From: the human T2T-CHM13v2.0 reference genome, Homo sapiens
Strand: one strand, 5' to 3'
Length of the DNA: 64,000 bases
NCBI RefSeq assembly: GCF_009914755.1
Contig: NC_060943.1
In this document: piece by piece, positions 17,945-59,809 of the stretch
Position numbering within the stretch: the stretch's first letter is position 1
How the letters are laid out: every line of letters begins with the position of its first letter
The notes under the pieces: generated by a model
What the model saw: the letters and a program-made list of their open reading frames with translations, nothing else
The model's database searches: none
What the model was told of the DNA's origin: nothing
Program-made: the position numbers and the translations under genes

Positions 17945-19490
17945 ATTTTAGATTCAGGGAATACACCTGCAGATTGGTAGCATAGGTATACTGCATGGTG
18001 TTGAAGTCTGGACACTTTTAACTATCCCATTGCCCAAGCAGTGTACACTACACATGGTAAGTAGTTTTTCAGTGTTTGTCTCCCTTTCTTCTTCCATCTT
18101 TTTGGAATTCCCAGTGTTTACTGTTTTCATCTTTGTTTCCATGTGCACCCAGTGTTTACCTCCCACATAAAAGTGAGAACATGTGGTATTTGTTTTACTG
18201 ATCTCTGTTAATTTGCTTACATTAATGGCCTTCTGCTGCATTCATGTTGCCACAAAGGACAATATTTCATTCTTTTCTGTGACTGCATAGTATTGCAGTC
18301 TGTAAGTACCTCATTTTTCTTATGCAATCTAAGATTTATAGGCACCCATTTCTCCTGAAGTCAGGATGAAGTTGAAACAGCTGTTTCTCCACAACTTCAA
18401 CATGTAATTTTTTGACTTATAACAGCCATTCTAACTGGTGTGAAATGGTATCATATTGTCATTTTGATTTACATCTCTGATGATTACAGATGTTAAGCAT
18501 TTTTTGAATGTTTATTGGCAACTCTTATGTCTTCCTTTGAGAAGTGTCAATATTTTCTGCTTTGTCAAATTAAATTTCTTATAGATTCGATATATTAATC
18601 AGTTGTATGCACTTTGCAAATATTTTATTTCATATTGTAAGGTGTCTGTTTCCTTTGTTGATAGTTTCTTTGGCTGTGCAGAAGCTCTTTAGTTTAATTA
18701 GATGCAAATTTTTGATTTTTATTGTTGTTGCACTTTTAAGATGTTATTCATAAATTCATTCCAGAGGCCAGTGTCTAGAACAGTCCTTTCTAAATGTTCT
18801 TCTAGGATTTGTGTAGCTTGAAGACTCACAGATAAGTCCTTAATCTATCTTGACTTGCATTTTCTATATGGAAAGAGGTAGGAGTCCACTTTTTTCTGCA
18901 CATAACCAGTTTTCCCTGTACCATTTATTATTATTATTACTTTTGAAACAAAGTCTCACTCTGTCACCCAGTCTGGAGTGCAGTGGCGCCATCTTGGCTC
19001 ACTGCAATCTCCCCCTCCCAGGTTCAAGTGATTCTTCTGCCTCAGCCTCCTGAGTAGCTGGGACTACAGGTGCCTGCTACCACGCCTGGCTAATTTTTGT
19101 ATTTTTAGTAGACAGGGTTTCACCCTGTTGGCCAGGCTGGCCTAGAACTCCTGACCTCGTGGTCCACCAGCCTCAGCCTCCCAAAGTTCTGGGATTACAG
19201 GTGTGAGTCACTGCATCCAGCCCCCACTTATTAAATAGAGAGTTATTTTCCCTTTGTTAATTTCTGTGGGCTTTGTGAAAATTAACTTGGTTGTAAAAGT
19301 GTAGATTTCAGGGCTTTCTCTTCTCCATTGATCTAAATGTATATTTTCATACCAGAACCATGTAATACTGGTTACTGTAGCTTGTAGTACAATTTTAAAT
19401 CAGGTAATAGGAGGCCTCTGGTTTTTGTTTTTTTTTTTTTTTCTGACGTTGCCTTGACTATTTGGGCTTTTATTCTTTCACATAAATTAG
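17945..19490 (-). mobile_element. Older L1 (L1PB/L1MA-like) 3' portion, containing an Alu at about 18925-19222
   Basis: Degenerate L1 3'UTR/ORF2 (gccattctaactggtgtgaaatggtatc, gcagaagctctttagtttaattag). Confidence 0.8.
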
Positions 19491-19497
19491 TTTTCTT

Positions 19498-23276
<3,779 letters not shown>

Positions 23277-23668
23277 TTAATTACAACATTAACATGAAGT
23301 AATTTGAGTTAATTACATTATTTGTATGAAGTAATTTGACAGTTATTTACTTTTAAAAAAATCTGTAATCTTTCTAAAAAAAAGTATACTTGTAACTCTC
23401 CAAAGAATCTTCTACTCTTTTAAAGTTATAAACAAATAATTTTTCTACCAAGTTTAGTTTTGGATTATTTTCTAAACTCAGAACTCTGATTCAGTGTAAA
23501 GTCTGAAGTGTCATTGCCTTATATATTTCTAATGTAAATTCTCTGATATTTACATAGACTTACCATTGAATTAAATTTTTTTTCTATTTACTGTATATGC
23601 AAAAATATTTTAATATGAACTCTGGAATTTTCTAACCTGTAGTTTTTGAATAAATGTTTTTTTCTAAG

Positions 23669-23674
23669 TTTATT
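23669..23674 (-). terminator. Candidate ZNF98 polyadenylation signal AATAAA
   Basis: tttatt on + strand, about 475 nt past the stop; the first canonical hexamer I see after the stop. Confidence 0.55.
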
Positions 23675-24147
23675 ACATTTACAGGGTTTTTCTTTGATAT
23701 AAATTCTCTGATGTTGAACAAAGTTTGAGCAATTGCCTCAGGGTTTGCTCTAATACAGAATGAATACAACAAGATCTGTGTTACAAGTAAAGTTACCACA
23801 ACTTCGTTTATATTTGTAATGTTTGTCTTCAAAATAAATCCTCTTCAGCACTTTAAATGCTTATATTTTCTGAACTCTTTTGACAGTAATTGCACCTTTA
23901 ATGCTATTAAGTATAAATTCTCTGATGCTGAATAAGATGTGTGCAGATATTAATCACTTTTTTACTTTCTTTATATTTGTACATTTGTTCTCATCAAGTA
24001 TAAAGGCTTTCCTGTGCAATAAGGTTTGAGCATTGTGTAAGTTTTGCCACACTGTTCACACTTGTAGAAGTTTTCTCCAGAATGAATTACCTTACCTACA
24101 ATCCAGTGTGATAACCATTTAAAGGCTTTGTCACATTCATATTTCTA

Positions 24148-25641
<1,494 letters not shown>

Positions 25642-26103
25642 TCACTTACTAGACTCAGATGAATGTACTTTACAAATCTAACCTATAAAATTATACAAAC
25701 TACATCACAAGATGTTACAGCAAAATATTACACGCTCTAACATTTTCACAGACATATAAAAGCATACAGAACAAATTACATTTCTGAAAAATTAAAGTAA
25801 GTTAAGTGTGTGCAGTGCCCCAGGTGAGCCCAATGCAAAGAGCCACACAGAAGAAAGAAAAGTCTGTTACATTTACCCAGTGCAGATCTTCCTGCTTCCC
25901 TATATAACATAGTGACTTTAGAAATAAATTGCCAACTCCTGGTTTCATTTTCAAAAGACAAGTAAAATAATGGCTTATACATCTTTATTTCTCAATGGCA
26001 AGGTCTTTTACACTGGTTCCTGTGTCTCATTGCATAAAAGTTCTGAAAGAAATAGTGGTATTCTTTCAAATGACAGTTTGAGGCTGCTGAGATGAAAGGT
26101 AAG

Positions 26104-27443
26104 GTACCAAAACAGATATATAGACCAATGGAACAGAATAGAGACCTCAGAAATAACACCACACATCTACAACTATCTGATCTTTGACAAACCTGACAAA
26201 ACACAAGAAATGGTGAAAGGATTCCCTATTTAATAAATGGTACTGGGAAAACTGGCTAGCCATATGTAGAAAGCTGAAACTGGATCCCTTCCTTACACCT
26301 TATACAAAAATTAATTCAAAATGGATTAAAGACTTAAATATTAGACCTAAAACCATAAAAACCCTAGAGGAAAACCTAGACAATACCATTCAGGACACAG
26401 GTATGGGCAAGGACTTCATGACTAAAACACCAAAAGCAATGGCAACAAAAGCCAAAATTGACAAATGGGATCTAATTAAACTAAAGAGCTTCTGTACAGC
26501 TAAAGAAACTACCACCAGAATGAACAGGCAACCTACAGAATGGGAGAAAATCTATGCAATCTACCCATCTGACAAAGGGCAAACATCCAGAATCTACAAA
26601 GAACTTAAACAAATTTACAAGAAAAAAACTAACAACCCCATCAAAAAGTGAGCAAAGGATGTGAACAGACACTTCTCAAAAGAAGACATTTATGCAGCCA
26701 ACAGACACATGGAAAAATGCTCATCATCACTGGCCATCCGAGAAATGCAAATCAAAACCACAATGAGATACCATCTCATGCCAGTTAGAATGGTGATCAT
26801 TAAAAAGTCAGGAGACAACAGGTGCTGGAGAGGATGTGGAGAAATAGAAACGCTTTTACACTGTTGGTGGGACTGTAAACTAGTTCAACCATTGTGGAAG
26901 ACAGTGTTATGATTCCTCAAGGATCTAGAACTAGAAATACCATTTGAGCCAGCCATCCCATTACGGGGTATATACCCAAAGGATTATAAATCATGCTACT
27001 ATAAGGACACATGCACACGTACATTTATTGCGGCACTATTCACAATAGCAAAGACTTGGAACCAACCCAAATGTCCATCAATGATAGAATGGATTAAGAA
27101 AATGTGGCACGTATATACTACAGAATACTATGTATTCATGAAAAAGGATGAGTTCATGTCCTTTGCAGGCACATGGATGAAGCTGGAAACCATCATTCTG
27201 AGCACACTATCACAAGGACAGAAAACCAAACACCGCATGTTCTCACTCATAGGTGGGAATTGAGCAATGAGAATACCTGGACACAGGGCGGGGAACATCA
27301 TACAACGGGGCCTGTTGGGGTGTGAGGGGCTGGGGGAAGGACAGCATTAACCACCATGGCACATGTATACCTATGTAACATAACTGCACGCTGGGCACAT
27401 GTACCCTAGGACTTAAAGTATAATGAAATAAATAAATAAATAA
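26104..27443 (+). mobile_element. 5'-truncated L1PA in intron 3, antisense to ZNF98
   Basis: ORF2 C-terminal fragments, 3'UTR, A-rich tail; TSD gaaaggtaag at 26094-26103 and 27444-27453. Confidence 0.93.
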
Positions 27444-27525
27444 GAAAGGTAAGTTTTACAGCAGCAGAAAGACTGTGGTACTACAGACAGGAAACAATTA
27501 TAGCAAGTGATTATTGGTTATTAAG

Positions 27526-35030
<7,505 letters not shown>

Positions 35031-35426
35031 CCACTGCTCTCACACATTTAGGACATGATGTAAAAACAGAACTTGAAAAACAGTTTAACATAGAGTTTCT
35101 CAAAATTATGCAGATTATCTATGTGTTTTCAAAAACAATGAAAAAGCAGTCAGATTTCACAGTCTCTTATGTGCCATGAAGAGGGCTGTCTTGGCTGTCA
35201 CTGTAAACCTGAAGAAGATCACCAAAGGGAAAGTAAAATCTTTAGAGATTTTAAAAATATAAGACAGAAGATGCTTCTATGTGAAAGCAAAATTTAAAAA
35301 ATTCAAGTTTCCTAGAAACTATTTCCTTTGGAACACAGATTTCAAATCATTTTAAGGACTGGCTTTTTTTTTTTTCTACTTTGGAGCTCTCATCTGTGTC
35401 GTCTGTTGTATTCACTTTCACTCTCA

Positions 35427-35570
<144 letters not shown>

Positions 35571-35967
35571 TTACCAATTTAGTAGTGTGTTCAGTAAAAA
35601 GGATGTAATAGAATATTCTAGTAAATTGATTCCAAAATACTAATACACAACAAAAAATTTTAAATATTTAGGAAATATTTTAATTTTGTAAGTTCTTAAT
35701 TTCACTACCTGATACTACTAAATCAAAAACTGGTAGTGGCAATTAGATTTTAAGATGTGGGCAACAGTATGTTATGCCACTAAATTTCTAAAATTAACAC
35801 TAATCTAGAGTGAAGAACACAGATCAGCTCAGGAGTGTGGAAAGTTCAGATCAAAATGAAACATCTTGAAATTCTTTTCTACATAGACAAATCTTGAAGT
35901 TAAAAAAAAAAAAAACAAAAAAAAACACAGAGATCTGAAAGCATAAACTACCAAAAAAACCATTCTA

Positions 35968-36258
<291 letters not shown>

Positions 36259-36582
36259 TTATAGGAGTGACTGATATATTTAATAAATAACTTTCAGCAC
36301 AGAAGTATTCTCTAATGTATTCTCTAACTCTGAGAAAAGAGAGTGGCATAAGATCCACAACATCGAGGTATAGATGATACTTTTTTGGATGATGAAGTAT
36401 AAAACTGAGGGCATTAACACTAACATGTACACTTTTGAGTGCTACATTTACATCATACAGAATAAGTTGTGTAAATTTTTCAGATGGAAAAGACATATTC
36501 AGTTAGAAAATACTGCTCACATGTTAATGTGTAAAATAAACTGGAGATCTTGTTAATGCAGATTATTTTTTCAGAAAATCTG

Positions 36583-36967
<385 letters not shown>

Positions 36968-37937
36968 TCAAACATCCAGTAAGTGGAAGAGCCTGTGTGT
37001 TTTTCAGTTTTTCTGGCCTGTAAACAAAGATGAGAGCTTTCGTTTTCCAAAGACAGATAAATGCAAAGAAAACCTAAGAAAGGTCAGCTGCCAGATTAAA
37101 TGTGATTGTTTATGCACATCTGCTGAATAAAGATACTCAATAATGAAGAGAAAAATAATGAACTCTATAGAAAAAAAAATCTGTCAGAGTTCATTAACCA
37201 AGTGAGTTATTAACATCAACTGCATGAAGATAAATTTTTATGATGTGCTGATGCACACAGAAGGACACGGCATCACTGCTATGGTATCTCCCAGCCAAAA
37301 GTAAATCATAGCCTGAATTTAATCATAAAGAAACATTGGTTTTATGCAAAGTTCCAGATACTGATATCTGCCATGTTCTGTAAATTTTAATAGTGATTTT
37401 AAGTAGTCTTTCTTTCACACCCTAAAGAGCAAGTATCTCCTAATAATTTTTTTTTCAAAACTGTCTGGGTAATAAATGCCATCCCATTTAAGCAAGCATT
37501 TTCTTAATCCTGTTCTGCATAGAGTTAATGGAGAACAGAGATAGAACCTCAACATTACATGCTCTCCATCTTTACTACGGACTCCAGCTTTTCCCCAATA
37601 GGAATATTCAGTATCCACCCTTTCCATGTTCCACAGCCAGGAAAGAAACCTTCTTAATATTGCAGTTCATAAATTCATGGTGAGAATTCTTTATGACGTG
37701 TAAGAAGCCATGATGTTGAGAATGTAAAGAAGACTCTGGTATATAGGAAAGAAATATTTTTCAGACACCCTTGACTATTATAAGAACTAAAAAGCAGTTA
37801 AACTCATTAGGAAGAAAAAGCACATGTAGAAAAGTAAAGCTTTGCAAGTACTGAACATATGGCATTCTAGGACACAGAGTGGACACAGCTCTTCATCTGA
37901 GACATGCTTAGCTAAAAAAAAAAAAAAAAAAAAAATT

Positions 37938-43330
<5,393 letters not shown>

Positions 43331-43647
43331 AACTAAGCACTGCCTCTCAAGCTTTAATGAGCTTATAAATCACTTGGTAATGTTGGTCTCACTCTATGTA
43401 ATGTGATTCTGCAGGTATGGAAAGGGTCCATGAGTGGGTGTTTTAAATAAGTCCCGTCAAGGCTGATGTTGCTCCCCCTAGGCTCATTATTAGCATTAGT
43501 TAGAGAGCAGGCACAGCACAGAGTCTCTTACACTTGGCACTCTTGTCACAACACAATTACTTCTGAAACAAATGACAACCAACCTCCATCTTAAAGTATC
43601 ATAATCTTTGTTGGCTTTTTAAAGTTTACACAGAAAACAGAAAGTAG

Positions 43648-43972
<325 letters not shown>

Positions 43973-44519
43973 CTTGCTTTTGCATTGTAAGTACTTCAGC
44001 CTGCAAATAATTACCTTGGATAATCAAGTTTCTGTCAAAGGAACTTACTCTGTATCTTTTAGTCTTTATCATTCTGTATTGTTAAATTTAATTCTACCTT
44101 TGTGTCCAACTTTCATGTGCTCTTAAAATGAGCTTTACTCTGAACAAATCTGTGCGTACTTTTAATGACCGAAAATTAAAAAAATAAATCTTTGCCAAAG
44201 CAAAAACAAAGCTATGAATCTCAGGTTACAAATAAAGACAATTCTGAGTCAAAAAGAATGATAAAAGGTTTATTTAGCTGTTAATATAATTTACATATAT
44301 TTCAAAAAAGCAGAGAAAAATATCTACATATAATCTAAATGCGTTAATAAAACAGAGATAAACAAAATATCCTCCCTTATTTTCACATATGTGAATAAAG
44401 CCTCTTATTTTTAATTTGCATTTTCTCCTAAAACAACCAGGTCACTGGACATGTTCTTGAACTCTTGGACATCTGAATTGTGAACTTGAAAGAATGTTTA
44501 TGGTAAAAACGCAGAAGAG

Positions 44520-50110
<5,591 letters not shown>

Positions 50111-50639
50111 AAATCTATGAGTGGGAAACAGTGCAATGCAGGTGGAAGAACTGGTTTGTGCTACAGATAGCGGCTCAGGTAGAGGTATACTCTGATGGAT
50201 TTTTGTGTTTATGCAAGCAGATGAGATTATGAACAGGTGGTCCAGAACCCTCAGTTGGTGGGGAAAACAGTTTGCTGTTGCAGATTCAGTGTCTGGGGGT
50301 TGGGATATGCCAGGAGACTTGTAGACACTTTTGTAGGTTTTTGCCAGGAAACACTAGAATCAAAAATGCTGTTGTAAAATTTCTCAGCATGGTGCCTAGT
50401 CCTGGGAGAGGTCTGGACACATTAATATCTAGTGGGTATGCTTGTGAGTGAGAGGGAATCCTGTGGTTACAGCTGTGGGAAAAGGGGGTCTGCTGTCAGA
50501 GTTTCTTTACTCTAAGTTTGGATCCTCTCTCATCCTGGGAGACCTGGAATCACAGGACAATGGGCAGTGTGACAGCCTGTGTACAGGAGAGTAGAGCCTC
50601 CCATTCCCAGACACCCAGAGTTTTATTCCAGGCCAGGCC

Positions 50640-51060
50640 TCTGTGATATCTTTTTTCTTGTACCAAATCTGTAGAGTTTGCTGAACATCAAGACATTCTC
50701 CAACACCAACTCATTGTCTAACATTTGAATTTGAATTCTGACACCACCCAGAGTCAGCACAGACCCTGATTCAGGGCTCATTTTCACAATATTGTCCTAA
50801 TTGCAGATGCCAGTCACAAACCCCATAGGCCCATCTATGCTTCTGAGCTACTGTTTAAAAATTATGGACTCCTGTAACCTCCCTCAAGTTTCATAATTTG
50901 ATAGAGCTACTCGCAGAACTCAGCAAAACACTGTAGTTACATTTACCAGCTTATAAAAAATATAACCCCCAAAAGAGTCAAATGTAAGAAATGTATAAGA
51001 CAAAGAAAAAAAATGGGGAAAGATGAAGCACATAGATAATCCTGGTAAATAGCTGTGATT
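50640..51060. mobile_element. LTR fragment, MER21-like
   Basis: ctgacaccacccagagtcagcacagaccc...gatgccagtcacaa...ataatttgatagagctactcgcagaactcag resembles MER21 (recall). Confidence 0.55.
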
Positions 51061-51159
51061 AATAAAATTCTCTATCCTTTGTGTTCTCCAGAAACAGTTT
51101 ATGGAAAGAAACATGCTTTCCATTATGACTTAGTTGGTGCTCTTTTTTCTTACCTATCA

Positions 51160-52836
<1,677 letters not shown>

Positions 52837-53569
52837 TCATCCAACCACTTGAGAGATTCTCCCACTCCAACCTGCTCACTTAAGTGCTCAGTGACCACTC
52901 TCTTAGGAGACAGTGCACTATGCTCAAGTGAGTGCCCCAAGTGTATTTTACTTTGCAAGTTTTTGTACTATCTCACTGAAGTCAGGTTTTTTTTCTTTCT
53001 TTTGTCTTTTGGGATACTATTTTTTCTTTCACAAATCTTAGAGCATTTAGGGGGCAGAAATTATTTCTGTTTTCCCCTCAATATCAGCATGTGATTGGTG
53101 GACCAGCAATCTGTCTCCAAGAAATGGAAGCTGGGTTGGGTGAAGACAATTGTAATGTCTCAAGGGGTTAGCTTTTCAAAGGAAGAGTACACCAAGAGAT
53201 TCCATCTTTTCCCCAGGGTATCCACTGGGGAGGCTGCACTCCCTACCTCAGGTTGTCCTATGAAAGAAAACGACTTAGGAGCTGATATTCACTAGATACT
53301 CTAGCAGACATAGCCACAGCAGTTATCTTGGTTTATTCAGAGACAGTACTAAAACCCAGGAACAAGAAAAAACGACAGGGTTGCTGAGGACAAATCACTC
53401 CATAACGTTTGCAAAATAAAAACATCTTGACACTAAAACATTATCATAAGACCTTTGTGCCTAGGGAAGACAAAAGAAAAAGAGGCACAGAGACTTTTTA
53501 CAATTCACTATCAGGGGATTATTCTTTGCTTTCTTCTCATGGGAAATACTTACAAACAGAAAACATATC

Positions 53570-53780
53570 TTTTTCTTTTTCTTTTTTTCAATTTTAAATA
53601 GTTTTATTTAAGACATTGCATTTTCCACTTACAATACAGTGTTTATAAAGTGCAATGCTATTTCCTTCCCCTGTGCATATGTTCCATATTCAAATACTGA
53701 GAATGCCCAGTAACTTACTATAGCAGCTTAACTTTTTAAAACTCCCACAGAATTTGCTACAAATTTAGGTCCTTCAAATG
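53570..53780 (-). pseudogene. 5'-truncated processed retrocopy of the HSPA8 (HSC70) mRNA 3'UTR end
   Basis: Minus strand catttgaaggacctaaatttgtagcaaattctgtgg...gcaatgtcttaaataaaactatttaaaattg plus A-tail matches my recall of the HSPA8 3'UTR; TSD agaaaacat(at)ctttt at 53558 and 53781. Confidence 0.85.
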
Positions 53781-54479
53781 AGAAAACATCTTTTTCAATA
53801 TGCCATCTAATGCTTTGTCAAAAAATGATTAATTAAAATACGGTATATAAAAGGTACACTAAAAAACAAATAATAAATAATGTAAATTAGGGAGAGGAAG
53901 TTGGCATTTGAGATTTTCAGAAGAAACTGAAAATTCAGTATTTTACTGCAAGCCAGAGTTAGGCTGCAGAAATGGGGTGTGGGGGGTTGCCTTGAGACCC
54001 TGCTTGGGACCCATGTGAAACATGCAAGGGAAAATCAGTCCCACGTGGCGGCAAATAGACTGAGGTGGCTCCAATCCCTGGATTCCTAATTTTAAAAAAT
54101 CTAACTCAAATGCATTTTTTTAATAGAAATTACTACATTGGGGGAAACAAAATTCAGGCTTAAAAAATGATAAACTGCCAAGTAAGTTCTGATTACACAA
54201 CCAGGAAATTTCTAGGCTTAAAGTGAAAATTAAGAAACTACGTAAATGTACCTAACCGATTACTGAATTTGGGTATTTTCATCATGCATCTTTCCTTCAA
54301 GATCTTTTCATGGCCCACAAACTACAACCCATAGCTGGGAGCTCTACAATTTTTGAACCGCTCCTTGTTTAAATTCTTAAGTATTGTCGCGATAATTCCC
54401 ATACATTTTTAATAGGCGAAAAGAGGAACTAGGAACCCCATAAACCAAACAAAAGCTCTTTCCATTCATGAACCCTCAC

Positions 54480-55080
54480 CCCCAGCACCCCGAGTCAGGA
54501 TTCTGCCGACGACCCTCTCGTGGTCCCTGCACAATCTGGGAGAGACGGGGCACTGCGCGTGCAGAGCTGCCCAGAGAGGGCTCCAGCTCAGGGCACAGTC
54601 ACTGGGCAGGGAAGAGACAGGACGCCCGGAGCCTAGCTGTCAGCGCAGCCGCCATCTTATCGCTGAAGGGGACTGAGGCCGAGCTAGGCAAGGAGAACTA
54701 GGGGCACGGATTGTGGAGCTGACAGCGGGGAGGCCTGAGTCCCGCCACAGCCTCTTCCCACCGGTTCCAACCAGCCCCTTCTCCTCTCTAGGGATGTCGG
54801 ACTCGGCACTCTCACCATTTCTAGGCTTCCAAGGGGTCCTGGCATCTTAGCTGTGGATTCCCAATACCTGCAGGTCACAGGGCCACAGAGGCTGGGCCTC
54901 TACGAGCAGAGGACACAGAAGCGCGAAGACGAGACCAGTAACTCCGGCTGCAGCGAGAGACAAAGACCCCGCCACATCCCGGAAGCCGCCCTTTCCGCTC
55001 CAACCGCGTGCCTGATTGGACAGTTCCCAGGCCAGCGTCTCTGACTTGTTAACGTTTAAGATCCCTCGCCCTCACGCCCT
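54480..55080 (-). promoter_or_regulatory. CpG-rich ZNF98 promoter/first exon
   Basis: CpG enrichment; GC box 54967-54973, ETS ccggaag 54979-54985, CCAAT (gattgg) 55014-55019, YY1 gccgccatctt 54648-54658. Confidence 0.8.
54816..54845 (-). CDS. ZNF98: ZNF98 exon 1 coding part (MPGPLGSLEM)
   Basis: aagATG at 54845; 30 nt then a gtgag donor (54815-54811); phase 0 fits exon 2; total CDS 1719 nt. Confidence 0.9.
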
Positions 55081-55242
55081 GAGTGACAGAAGATGTGACC
55101 AAATGCTGGGCTGAATGAAGAAAGACTGACAGCCGAAGGTGCCCCCTTTTCAGGCAGGGCTTCCTCCCTGAGGTGAGCTAAGCCCACCCAGAGGGTGTTT
55201 GCCTTAAACCTTGTATATAAGGTCTCATGTATTTGTAAATAA

Positions 55243-58018
<2,776 letters not shown>

Positions 58019-58039
58019 CACGTTGGAGTGGGGACTGTC

Positions 58040-58334
58040 AGAAGTTTGCACCTTATGCAAAGGACACAATGACATACCTAGTCCTGACTGGTTTGTCGCA
58101 CCTTATGTAAATGAAGCACCTCTCCCGATCAGCTTGTTTATAAAATCTCTTGGGCTTTTCACTTTAAAATGGCAATCCTTTTTCCTGGGAGCCCTCTCTG
58201 TGCCAGAGAGCTTTCTTCCTTTCGCTTATTAAAATTCTGCTCTAACCTCATCTTTGGAGTGTCCGCACCCTTGATTTCATTGGCTCTGAGACCAAGAACT
58301 TCATGTGACATCCCAGATAATGAGGACAGATTCA
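58040..58334 (+). mobile_element. ERV1-class LTR, 3' portion
   Basis: tataaaa (58139), ATTAAA (58228), gagaccaagaac, terminal ...ttca: U3-R-U5 layout. Confidence 0.6.
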
Positions 58335-59809
58335 GTGCCTTCTCAATAGTGTCCCACCAGTGACCCTCACAGCCAAAGCACACATGGGGCAGAAACATCA
58401 ATCACCTGCCTGGGACGGCCAGGTGGGCAGGAGCAAGCAGGGACTCGGTGAGAAAACCAGAATGTGTGTTCAAGGGCAGGGGCCGAGGATTCAGCTGAGT
58501 TGGAAAATTCCGTTTCTCTTTCAGAATGTGCTCCTCTCCTGGTATCTGCTTATCTCCTGGAATCTGAGACACAACATAGAGCAACCCCCAGGCCAGCCAT
58601 GACTGGAGCCTCCCAAGTTGCAGGGAAGGGCCCTGTACTAGGCCAAGAACCTATCCTGACCAGTTCACCCTCCCTGTCCACCAGGTGCAGGCAGAGGCCA
58701 GGGACCCCAACTTCAGACAGAGGTAGGCAGCAGGGTCACCGCCTCCGGCAATCCCATGCCGGGGATTACAGGGTCCCTGGGGAGACCTAGCAGTGGCTGA
58801 GTTGAGAGATTCAGGCAGGGGGATCCCAGGTGAAAAAGTAAGGGACTGGGCATGTGTGGGGACTAAGAGGGAAGTGTGTGGCTGTCCCTGGAGAAGTGAC
58901 AGCAAGGCACAGACAAGCTGAGTACCCAGATGCCACACCCAACTGTCAGGTACACAAGCCCCAGAATCCCCTAAGCAACCCCAGGAAGGGTTTTATTTAA
59001 TCAAGAAAAAAGGAGTCCCACCTCCACTCACACAGGCACTGGTCCTTACATACATTAGAGAACAGAACTCTTGCTCTGCCCAAGGCCAGGGAAAGAGGGC
59101 AATGTCTCTCTATCCCGTGGGTCACAGACCTTGTCCTGCCAGAACACCCACCCTCAGCCCCAGAAAGGTACAGATGACAACCAGGGTGCACATGGCAACC
59201 ACTGGTGCAACCCGAAAGGAGCTGAGTCCTGTAGGGACTTTGGGCCTGGGGAGTGCTTCCCAGTCACAGAGTCTTTCTAATTGTTTCACTCACTAGCTTT
59301 GCCCCTCAGTTTCCCCCACTGTGGCAAAAAGTCAAAATTCTATCCTGCAGGCTAGGGGACCCTGAGAGGTCACCACAGCCCATTAAATGCCTGCAGCATG
59401 TGAAAGTGGGGGGCAGTGAGAGGCCTCCCTGCCCTGGGTCTTTTGCCCTAGGACTGATTTTTATCAGGCCAAGGCCAGGCCAGCCTGCTGAGGAAGGCAA
59501 TATAACCTGCCTGGGGAACCTTGCTCCCAATTACAGGTCACTACATTTAAGGACCTCCAATGCATTAGGGCAGGAATAGGGTGGAATGGGGGTAGAGCAA
59601 CGCTTCATCATAAGGGGCTTGGGTCAACCAATTGTTTTCTCAATTGAGAAAAACAATTCAGACTCCTGTCTGAAGCTGACCACTCAAAGAGATTTCGATT
59701 TTCGGATAAGAAAAGGCCCTTGGGTCAGAAAACAAGATATTCTGGTTCTGGACTCTGCAGCTGTCTTGGGTAGGGGAGTTTTGCCAGCTTTGTGCTTTCA
59801 TTGAGCCTA

